A DNA stretch of 64,000 bases from Patescibacteria group bacterium (GTDB lineage: Bacteria > Patescibacteriota > Microgenomatia > UBA10105 > UBA927): the NCBI GenBank assembly GCA_049322955.1, contig JBMOPU010000012.1, forward strand, positions 408,150 through 472,149. The letters run 5' to 3'. The position numbers and the translations under genes were made by a program. The notes beneath the pieces are model-generated. The model did no database searches and was not told the origin of the DNA. It saw only the letters and a program-made list of their open reading frames with translations. Shown here piece after piece: positions 40,240 through 47,896 of this stretch (position 1 is the first letter of the stretch; every line of letters begins with the position of its first letter).

Positions 40240-40557
40240 ATGACCTCCGGAAAACGTCTGTTGAACAAAGTCGCACCATATGCCACATTGCTCCACGGCA
40301 TAAGTAATCCGTATCGGTTGGCCATAGTGTACCTCCTTGCCCATGAATCGCTCTGGCCGGAAGATATCGCCACCATGATTCCCATTCCGCAAAACCTCGT
40401 GGCGCATCATCTCAAAATACTCCTTGCCACTGGCTGGGTAAGGAAACGACGCATCGGCAACCATGTCATGTATGCTCTGCAAAAGAAGGCGTTTAAGGAA
40501 TTGCCGAAACTCCTGGTCGACACGCCGTTTTGGCGAGAACATATAAAGCCGATATAA
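40240..40557 (+). CDS. ArsR/SmtB family transcriptional regulator
   Basis: SNP.RL.I..LL, HHLK.L...G.V...R.G..V.Y. Confidence 0.85.
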   Translation: MTSGKRLLNKVAPYATLLHGISNPYRLAIVYLLAHESLWPEDIATMIPIPQNLVAHHLKILLATGWVRKRRIGNHVMYALQKKAFKELPKLLVDTPFWREHIKPI

Positions 40558-40565
40558 TACTCCGT

Positions 40566-41447
40566 ATGGAACATCCAGGATTACAATTATCCAAAGAGGC
40601 AATGCACGCACAAACGCTTGATCTCCTCTTGCAGAAGGCAACACCCGAGCGACGGAGTATCGGAGAAAAACTTCGGGAAAAATCTTGGTTTAAGGCCTCT
40701 GATCCCGAATTGCAAAAACAATTGCTGACGCTTCCCGACAAAGGCAAAGCAAACCATGACGGATTTCTTGAGGATCTTGCCAATCGTCCCGACGAACTTT
40801 CCGATATAAAAATAGAACGGATGGTTGCGCTTCCGCGCGGCTCATTTGCTTTGGTGCCGAAATTTGAGGTGTCGAAAAAAGATAATCCGTCCATGCGTTA
40901 CACTTACGAATATGTGAGTTGGAGAAACGGACCCTTGAGTGGCGAAAAGGGAGTGGTGTTTGTCGAAAACGGAGGGAAAACCACGCATTTTATCGTATTG
41001 CGGGGAGAAAAATTCGCAACCGGCAAACCGTCATGGGATTCCGTAGGGGGATTTTCGGATTTAGGGGTTGACGGAGTAACCAAACTCGACGAGCGTACCG
41101 CCAAAGAGATTCAGGAAGAACTAGGGATAGCGGATATAAAGGTGAACCGCAAAGTATCGTTAGGCAAGGTAAATCCCGATGTGGGGATGACGAACAACGA
41201 GCCGAATTTGTTTGCGGCATTTATCGATGGCGATATGGCCAGCAAGATAAAGCAAAAACCCATTAACGGTGATATCTATGAACTCAAAAGCGGGGCGGTA
41301 GTCTTTCCCATCGACCAATTGCCGAATGTCGTGATGACCAATACGGACGGCTATTTTCTTTCTACCATCGCCCGCGCATGGGCAAAAGGGATTATCGCCC
41401 CCCCGAGCGGCGTAAGCGGAAAACAAGTGGGCTTTTCCCCGAACTAA
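40566..41447 (+). CDS. NUDIX-fold hydrolase-like protein
   Basis: GGF......AKEIQEELG Nudix-like box; PD.GMT. Confidence 0.6.
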   Translation: MEHPGLQLSKEAMHAQTLDLLLQKATPERRSIGEKLREKSWFKASDPELQKQLLTLPDKGKANHDGFLEDLANRPDELSDIKIERMVALPRGSFALVPKFEVSKKDNPSMRYTYEYVSWRNGPLSGEKGVVFVENGGKTTHFIVLRGEKFATGKPSWDSVGGFSDLGVDGVTKLDERTAKEIQEELGIADIKVNRKVSLGKVNPDVGMTNNEPNLFAAFIDGDMASKIKQKPINGDIYELKSGAVVFPIDQLPNVVMTNTDGYFLSTIARAWAKGIIAPPSGVSGKQVGFSPN

Positions 41448-41462
41448 TTCGCTCTATCATTG

Positions 41463-41534
41463 AGCCGCCTGTCAGGATCGGACTGACGACCTACTGTTTA
41501 CAAAACAGTTGCTCTACCACTGAGCTAAGGCGGC
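41463..41534 (-). tRNA. tRNA-Thr (TGT)
   Basis: Acceptor GCCGCCT/AGGCGGC; anticodon loop TTTGTAA. Confidence 0.95.
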
Positions 41535-41688
41535 CTCATAGCAGATCGTAACACCCGTTACATCGAATAGCTGTTCTTACACAATGTCACCATGTAACGA
41601 TTGCACGATCCAACTTCCTATGATTTTACCAAAGCAATTGAGAATAGGGAACTACAGGAGTTACGAATAGAGAAGAAAAATAAGTACT

Positions 41689-41857
41689 GCCGCGTGTCGA
41701 GTCGAAGTATTTTCCCCGATTGATGTAATCGGAAGGACTGCCTTTGCACCCTCAGGTGAAAAGGACTTTGTCCTGTGACTCTCTAAGGAAATCAAAGAGA
41801 GCATACCTCAAATGTTAAGATTCTGTGGAGGAAAATAATCTTCTACTCCACACGGGC
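41689..41857 (-). ncRNA. Putative 6S-like rod-shaped ncRNA
   Basis: 5' GCCCGTGTGGAGTAGAAG..TATTTTCC pairs with 3' GGAAATACTTCGACTCGACACGCGGC; central bubble; consensus promoter upstream; ~169 nt. Confidence 0.5.
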
Positions 41858-41863
41858 ATATCT

Positions 41864-41892
41864 ATCGTAGGAAACTTGTACGGCATTGTCAA
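41864..41892 (-). promoter_or_regulatory. Sigma70 promoter of the putative ncRNA
   Basis: TTGACA-17 nt-TACGAT. Confidence 0.7.
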
Positions 41893-41905
41893 GTGTCCGG
41901 AACCG

Positions 41906-42115
41906 TCAGAAAGCGAGGAAGCTTATGAGGGTAATAATCGCCATCGTGTGCGACAAAAACATAATCCAGGTGAGTTTTTCATGCAATGGGGTTGCCTCCC
42001 ATGCGGCATCAAAATATTTTGTCCAGACAAGCTGGTTGAATCGCACGCCAAGCACGATCGTGCGCCCCGTAGGGGCGATGACGGTGCGATGAAAGTGTCG
42101 CAGTGCGCTTGCCAT
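41906..42115 (-). CDS. Small hypothetical protein with C-terminal TM
   Basis: 69-aa ATG ORF; TACACT just upstream. Confidence 0.4.
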   Translation of the reverse strand: MASALRHFHRTVIAPTGRTIVLGVRFNQLVWTKYFDAAWEATPLHEKLTWIMFLSHTMAIITLISFLAF

Positions 42116-42231
42116 ATGCCCGTAGTGTAGCGGGCAACGGGAGCTAACCGTTATGCATCACGATGATGCACTTCTATACGGTTAGGTATTTCACAAAATC
42201 CTGAGGTTACCGGCAGTATGCCAGATTGGCA

Positions 42232-42783
42232 TTATTTTGCCATATCGCGGTCAATGAGGCTTCTCAAGTACACCGACTTCGGTACCCGATTTTTCTTGCC
42301 TTGTTTGGCGAGGTATGCCGCCTGCTTACTCGAAATAAAGAAGGTGAATCGGGTATCAGATTCACCGCGAACGAACTGCAGAAAGTCGGCAATAATGACC
42401 GGAAGCGATTCCGGCGTATATTTCTCGCTGACGATCTTTTCGTTCTCGTGGTAGGCAAAAAGACTTGGCGGATCGCCTTCACTGTACAGAATAAGGACTG
42501 GCTTGCCGCGATCAAGCGCCATGCTTATTTCGTAACCCACGCTGATTGACGGAAAACTTGTTTCTGCGACAAGGAAGTCCGAGGAATTGATCGAATCCTC
42601 CAGTTTCTGATGAAACTTCAATCGCACATCTTTTGACTGCATTTGAATGTCTTTCTCGGAAACATTCAGGATATGTTCGTCCATAACCTCCACATTGCTT
42701 GCACGCAATATTTCGCCGATTTTCTGATAGTTCTTGAGATGAAATTTCCGTCCGACGATGGATGCGGTGAAATAAGCTTTCAT
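42232..42783 (-). CDS. Nucleoside 2-deoxyribosyltransferase-like protein with C-terminal ribbon-helix-helix-like segment
   Basis: YFTASI.G, SD..VAE.S.PS..VGYEI..A...GKPVL.LY; C-terminal RFTFFIS...S.YLRSLI. Confidence 0.75.
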   Translation of the reverse strand: MKAYFTASIVGRKFHLKNYQKIGEILRASNVEVMDEHILNVSEKDIQMQSKDVRLKFHQKLEDSINSSDFLVAETSFPSISVGYEISMALDRGKPVLILYSEGDPPSLFAYHENEKIVSEKYTPESLPVIIADFLQFVRGESDTRFTFFISSKQAAYLAKQGKKNRVPKSVYLRSLIDRDMAK

Positions 42784-42814
42784 ACTTGATAATGATCCTT
42801 TTGGCTATAGTATA

Positions 42815-44725
42815 TCATTGAGCGGCGGAATATGCTTCTTGGATAGCCGAATCAGAGTGATCATCTGCAAGACGGGAAATCGACTGTCTGAGTTTTTTTA
42901 GATCATTTCCCGCTATTATTCCGAGCTCAATAATTTTTTTCGCGGGAACAAGCACCACTTCACCAAGAGAATTATTGGCGGGAACAAACTGCGGAAGTGG
43001 CGATTTTTTTTGCTCAAAAAGCACCGACATATCACCAAAACTGCGGATGATCGAAAGGCCGAGACGGGAGACTCCGCCGATATGTTTTCCGCGTACCATA
43101 AGAACGGGAATCATGTCTCCGGTAAGAAAATAGGGCCAGAGCTTCAGGAATTCTTTCAAGTCGTCAAACGCAACATTTGTTTCTTCAGTGGACATGGGCT
43201 TATTCCCCGGCCTGTCGGTATCCATCTTGATAACCACGGGTATCGGTGTTCCGTCATGGCCAGGACTGGAATGAAGCAAAACGGAGTATCCCGTGAACAT
43301 CTCGCTGGCACTTGGGCGATCGAGATCACCCTGACCGAGGGCGATAAGAGGTTTCGATCCTATTTCATGGTCACCGGTAGCCAGATAGTGTTCAATATGA
43401 CGTGTCCCCGGTTCGTGACCGTACGTGATAGTGTCCAAAAAGAATGAATAGGCCACGATATGGAAGAAGTGATGAATAACCCGTCGATCTTTTGGATCCG
43501 CACTATTCACGTCAGTTCGCTTCCAAGCTCGAAAAAAGTGATTTACCATGGTAACAACAGGTTGATTTTCCGACGTATAGAGATCCCATAATCGCTCGGT
43601 GATGGCCACCAGTGAGGTTAACGAATCAATCCAGTTTGTTTGGAGATCCCGGAATGTTTTGCTACCCCGGCGTAATGTGCTGGTTTCCTCGATTCGTGTA
43701 AATACAGCATCTCTGTAAGCACGAAAGGAAAAAATACTTCCCTCGGCGGCAAGTGTTTCAAGAACGGCGGGAGTAAAGCCTCCGGAAGCAATGACAACAG
43801 GATGGGTGAGTACCGGAAGTGTATCCAAACCCGCATACAGATTACCCGTTTCTTTTTCGTACACTTCGATAGGGCTTACGATGGTAATATCCCGGGAAAG
43901 TTGTGACAATGCTTGTCTCTGTGCAATTTTTTGGATAATTCCTTCATAGAGTCCTTTGTCGGGAGCGACAACGGCGGCGTGATTTCGGGGAAGCGTGCGC
44001 CAAAATGCGCGAATTGATTGCAATTGTCTTTCCATGTGCGAATCGGCGGGAAATTCGGTTGCCAATGCTTCAATGTTGTCAAAAATATAGCCGAGCGTGG
44101 GAATATCACCATGGGCTTCTTCGTTTGCAAGTATTTGTCCGCGCCTGCCGCACGACGTGTGTTCGATAAGCGGTTCGACCAGGACGTGTTTTCCTTGGCG
44201 ACCGTAATGAATAAGGCGCTTAATGAGCGCGCTGGCAACGGGGTAAAACGCGTTTTTGGATGGGATATAATCAAACTCGATATCGCCGGCAAGCACCCTC
44301 CCCACATTGGCGATATCAACACCCATTGCTTCTCCTGATATTCCTTTATCAACACAGACCAAGACTCCAAAGAGCACATTGCCAGTTTCGGAACGTTGCC
44401 ATAATGACTTATCTTTTTTTTGTAACGATGCATATTTCCGATCGTTTATTTCACGGGCACGTGTATTTATCTGCATAATAATTTCCTGGGTAAGCGTACT
44501 GATTGCCGTTGCCCGTTTCGTGAATAGATCTTTGAGCGTGACAAGGTCTTGGGGCATGCCAAGGGTTTTTCCGAGGCTCGGCGGAAACGCCATATCCGTC
44601 AAGCCTTGCATATAGGTGGTGATAGCTTGTGCTATTGCGCGGGGATCGGTTGTACCATCGATGATTGTTTCTACCTTATTGAATGATTGCCTTGCAGTTT
44701 TTGGCATATGCCCGGAATACGACAT
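42815..44725 (-). CDS. Large hypothetical protein with beta-carbonic-anhydrase-like Zn motif
   Basis: CVD ... RVLAG ... EHTSCG; long ORF; function tentative. Confidence 0.6.
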   Translation of the reverse strand: MSYSGHMPKTARQSFNKVETIIDGTTDPRAIAQAITTYMQGLTDMAFPPSLGKTLGMPQDLVTLKDLFTKRATAISTLTQEIIMQINTRAREINDRKYASLQKKDKSLWQRSETGNVLFGVLVCVDKGISGEAMGVDIANVGRVLAGDIEFDYIPSKNAFYPVASALIKRLIHYGRQGKHVLVEPLIEHTSCGRRGQILANEEAHGDIPTLGYIFDNIEALATEFPADSHMERQLQSIRAFWRTLPRNHAAVVAPDKGLYEGIIQKIAQRQALSQLSRDITIVSPIEVYEKETGNLYAGLDTLPVLTHPVVIASGGFTPAVLETLAAEGSIFSFRAYRDAVFTRIEETSTLRRGSKTFRDLQTNWIDSLTSLVAITERLWDLYTSENQPVVTMVNHFFRAWKRTDVNSADPKDRRVIHHFFHIVAYSFFLDTITYGHEPGTRHIEHYLATGDHEIGSKPLIALGQGDLDRPSASEMFTGYSVLLHSSPGHDGTPIPVVIKMDTDRPGNKPMSTEETNVAFDDLKEFLKLWPYFLTGDMIPVLMVRGKHIGGVSRLGLSIIRSFGDMSVLFEQKKSPLPQFVPANNSLGEVVLVPAKKIIELGIIAGNDLKKLRQSISRLADDHSDSAIQEAYSAAQ

Positions 44726-44817
44726 GTGTATCAAAAAGGATTTTATTATACTCCTTATTGGCTGAAAGTTGAGCAAGTGACGTATCGGACGATTGATACG
44801 TAACGGCGGCATATTGC

Positions 44818-45030
44818 TTATTTTGGCACTTTTTTGTATGCTCTAGGCTTCTTATGTCTGCAGAACACGGCGGTCACGGTGCAAGCGGTGGGATTTTTTT
44901 CATAGAGGGCGTCAGCGAACCTGCTGAGGACGTCTGGAACAGTATTTTCGACATTTTTACCTTGTTTGTGGTGGGATTGCTCGCGATGTTCGATACCCGG
45001 GTAAAAAGCCAATCCCATGGCGGCGGTCAC
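44818..45030 (-). CDS. Small hypothetical protein
   Basis: 70-aa ORF abutting the M50 gene stop. Confidence 0.25.
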   Translation of the reverse strand: MTAAMGLAFYPGIEHREQSHHKQGKNVENTVPDVLSRFADALYEKNPTACTVTAVFCRHKKPRAYKKVPK

Positions 45031-45680
45031 TAAATAACTCCGCTTGCTCCCGTGCCCGGAAGAAGGAGCGAAAGCAGAAAACTGATCACCGGTGAGATAA
45101 GGCGGCTGACCGGCGCCGTTCCTCCGAATACCGGAAACACCATAAAAAGCAAAAATATCATGCCGTAAGGCTCCAACTCATGCCATTGTCGGGCATATTC
45201 GGGAGGGAGTATGCCCTCGACGATTTTGAACCCGTCGAGCGGATGAATCGGGACCAGGTTAAACACGGCAAGAAACACATTGAGGATAATTACCGGCTGA
45301 ATGAGCACATAGGCAAGCATCGCGCCATCCGTCGAGAGCGCAAGCCGCAGAATGACGGATAACAGTGTGGCGAGCAGTATGTTTGATACCGGTCCTGCCA
45401 GGGAAATGATCGCGGCATCCCTTCTCGGATGGCGAAGATTAAACGGATCAAACTGTACGGGTTTGCCCCAGCCGAATCGCGCGATAAGAAGCATCAACGT
45501 TCCCAGCGGATCCAGATGTGCAAGCGGGTTGAGTGTGAGTCTCCCTTGGACTCTTGGAGTAGGGTCGCCAAGTCGATCTGCGGCATATGCATGAGCAAAT
45601 TCGTGGATCGTAATTGCCACCATCAGGGCGACCAACCAGGAGACGAATGCAAATGGATTGTTGAAGAGCTCACCCAACAT
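45030..45680 (-). CDS. Site-2 protease family (M50) metallopeptidase
   Basis: HEFAH, LGDPT, AGP.SN, NLVPIHPLDG. Confidence 0.93.
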   Translation of the reverse strand: MLGELFNNPFAFVSWLVALMVAITIHEFAHAYAADRLGDPTPRVQGRLTLNPLAHLDPLGTLMLLIARFGWGKPVQFDPFNLRHPRRDAAIISLAGPVSNILLATLLSVILRLALSTDGAMLAYVLIQPVIILNVFLAVFNLVPIHPLDGFKIVEGILPPEYARQWHELEPYGMIFLLFMVFPVFGGTAPVSRLISPVISFLLSLLLPGTGASGVI

Positions 45681-45699
45681 ATGGTATAGTATAGCCTCT

Positions 45700-45945
45700 A
45701 TGGCACTTAATTGCGATATCTGTAGTAAGCATGCGGTCTCAGGCGGCACCCACAAACATCATCGTGGAGTCGCGGGAGGTCAGTGGAAGCGACGGGCAAA
45801 TCACACAAAGCGAACTATCGGCGTTAATCTTCACTGGGTCACCATGTCCATAAACGGGACCATGACGCGTGTCCATGCCTGCACAAGCTGTATCAAGCGC
45901 GTGCGCTTCGACAATAAAAAGGCAACAGCAGTTGCAACCGCGTAA
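45700..45945 (+). CDS. rpmB: 50S ribosomal protein L28
   Basis: CDICSK...KR....NL...CTSCIK. Confidence 0.9.
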   Translation: MALNCDICSKHAVSGGTHKHHRGVAGGQWKRRANHTKRTIGVNLHWVTMSINGTMTRVHACTSCIKRVRFDNKKATAVATA

Positions 45946-46058
45946 GTATATTCTTTTCCTTCAACCGTACCGCTGATCACGTCTTTTTTGTGCGGAAAAA
46001 TCGCCGTACAGACACAAGGCGAGCCTATCAAAATTGCGAAGAGTCTATGAATCCCGTC

Positions 46059-46364
46059 TTACTGTCCGGGTTGGCAGAGGAAGACCTGACACCCTTTGGC
46101 ATCATTTCCCAGTTTCCATTGTCCGTTACACTCGGACGGTTGGGGAAGCTTGCCGTTAAATGCCGCCAAGGGGTCGGGACAGGCAAGGCCGGCACGACTG
46201 CGAAGATCAAGGGCAACACCCTTCATCATGACGACAACAACGACAACCAAAACAAACGCAAGCGTCAAAAAGATAACAAAATTCCAGTTGCCCAAGTCCT
46301 TACCCATCTTGGTGGGGAGCGTTGCTTTTACTTTTGGGGTTGAGCGGACTTTTTTGCGGGCCAT
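46059..46364 (-). CDS. Small membrane-anchored Cys-containing protein
   Basis: AAGGAGG RBS; TM followed by DLRSRA; four Cys. Confidence 0.75.
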   Translation of the reverse strand: MARKKVRSTPKVKATLPTKMGKDLGNWNFVIFLTLAFVLVVVVVVMMKGVALDLRSRAGLACPDPLAAFNGKLPQPSECNGQWKLGNDAKGCQVFLCQPGQ

Positions 46365-46418
46365 AAATAATTCCTCCTTAGGATCTATATCCAGACTACG
46401 GCAACCGCGTGAAATGTG

Positions 46419-47351
46419 TCAAGAGGCAAGGTAAGATTTACTGAATTGTTCCCATGTCACGGGATTTTTTCCTTCTAATTGAACTTTTTCGATAACCAGT
46501 CTGCCATTTGTTATCCGGAGTGCAAGGAGTTTTAACCGTTTCGGATCATGTAATGCTCCCGTATTACCACGTACGCTTGTTATTTTTGTCCAAAGTCCGG
46601 GCCACGGATGAAATGCACGATATTTTCGCTCGATACGTTCAGCATCGGTTCCCTCGCTCATTGCCGCGGCAATCGTGTCCCATGGTTCAAAACCGTCTTC
46701 TCTCTTGAGTCGCTTGGCATACGGCGGTTTTTCTTTTTCCTCGCGAACGGCTATGGGTTTTGCTTTGCCCGCAATATAGAGCGGCAGTAAGGAACAAAGC
46801 AAATCAGCGCCGATACCGAATAATTTTGTGCGTAATGGATCACTGGTATCTGCGGGTGTTATCGGTATCTTCTCCTGCGCATAGATTTCTCCCGCGTCAA
46901 ACATCGGGGAAAGAGTGACGACGGTCACGCCGATTTGATGATCGCCGCTTAAGATCGCCCAGGGAACGGGATCACCGCCGCGCCAGCGGGGGAGAATACT
47001 CGGGTGCACATTCAGTCCACCGTATCGCGCTCCTTGTATGGTGGATGCGGGAATCATCTGTCCGTAGGAAGCGGAAACGACAAGGTCCGGTTGTATGGGT
47101 TGGAGAGCATCAATAACCTGTTCTTCGTTTTCGTAAAGCCAGGGTTTTGTCTTGTCGGAGGCAAAGCTCAACACGGGAATCCTCTGTTCCGTTGCCCAGG
47201 TTTCCACCGGGGTAGGGGTGATCGTCTGATCGCGTCCGACGGGTCGTGCAGGCTGGGTAACCACCGCGGCAATAGTCACCTGAGAGAGTGCGGAGAGTTT
47301 TTCCAGCACGATCACCGAATCGCTGGTAGAGCCGAAGAAGAGAATGTTCAT
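46419..47351 (-). CDS. fmt: Methionyl-tRNA formyltransferase
   Basis: VVTQP.RP.GR, NVHPS.LPRWRG..P, DAG. Confidence 0.95.
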   Translation of the reverse strand: MNILFFGSTSDSVIVLEKLSALSQVTIAAVVTQPARPVGRDQTITPTPVETWATEQRIPVLSFASDKTKPWLYENEEQVIDALQPIQPDLVVSASYGQMIPASTIQGARYGGLNVHPSILPRWRGGDPVPWAILSGDHQIGVTVVTLSPMFDAGEIYAQEKIPITPADTSDPLRTKLFGIGADLLCSLLPLYIAGKAKPIAVREEKEKPPYAKRLKREDGFEPWDTIAAAMSEGTDAERIERKYRAFHPWPGLWTKITSVRGNTGALHDPKRLKLLALRITNGRLVIEKVQLEGKNPVTWEQFSKSYLAS

Positions 47352-47896
47352 TAGCGTAAAGGAATTTCCTCCAATACTTCTTCGCCGTTTTTATTTTCAA
47401 CAACCTGAAAGAGTTTTTCTTTTTGCTCGAGTACCCGTTGGGTGAACAAAATGCCGTTGATATGATCGGTTTCGTGTTGGATAATGGTTGCCAAAAAGCC
47501 GGAGAATTCTTCCTCGTGGGAAACTCCCTGCGCATCCTGATACCGGAGGGTGAGGGAAGCCGCCCGGTGTACATTGCCCCAGACATTGGGGATAGAAAGA
47601 CACCCCTCCAGTTTATTGGTTCGTTCCGGTATGCCGTCGGTGAGCGTTTCGGATTTATTGAGAATTTCCGGGTTGATGAACGCGCGAATTTTTGCTTTTG
47701 GTGTGGGTTTGGTGAGGAATACCCGCAGACTTACCCCCACCTGCGTCGCCGCCAGTCCGACCCCTTTGGGGTTGACGGTGGCAAGGAGTGTTTCTTCCAT
47801 ATCCTTGATGAGCTTTGCGAGCTTATCATCGAACGACGTGACGGGTTTTGCCGGAGTGACCAACACATCCTGAGGAACATGCACGATCGGTTTCAT
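47351..47896 (-). CDS. def: Peptide deformylase
   Basis: GVGLAATQVG, EGCLSIP, QHETDHING. Confidence 0.97.
   Translation of the reverse strand: MKPIVHVPQDVLVTPAKPVTSFDDKLAKLIKDMEETLLATVNPKGVGLAATQVGVSLRVFLTKPTPKAKIRAFINPEILNKSETLTDGIPERTNKLEGCLSIPNVWGNVHRAASLTLRYQDAQGVSHEEEFSGFLATIIQHETDHINGILFTQRVLEQKEKLFQVVENKNGEEVLEEIPLR

Noticed and set aside
41689-41857. SRP RNA or tmRNA
   Set aside because: Lacks the SRP helix-8 GNRA/AGCAG motif and the tmRNA tRNA-like ends; too short for tmRNA.
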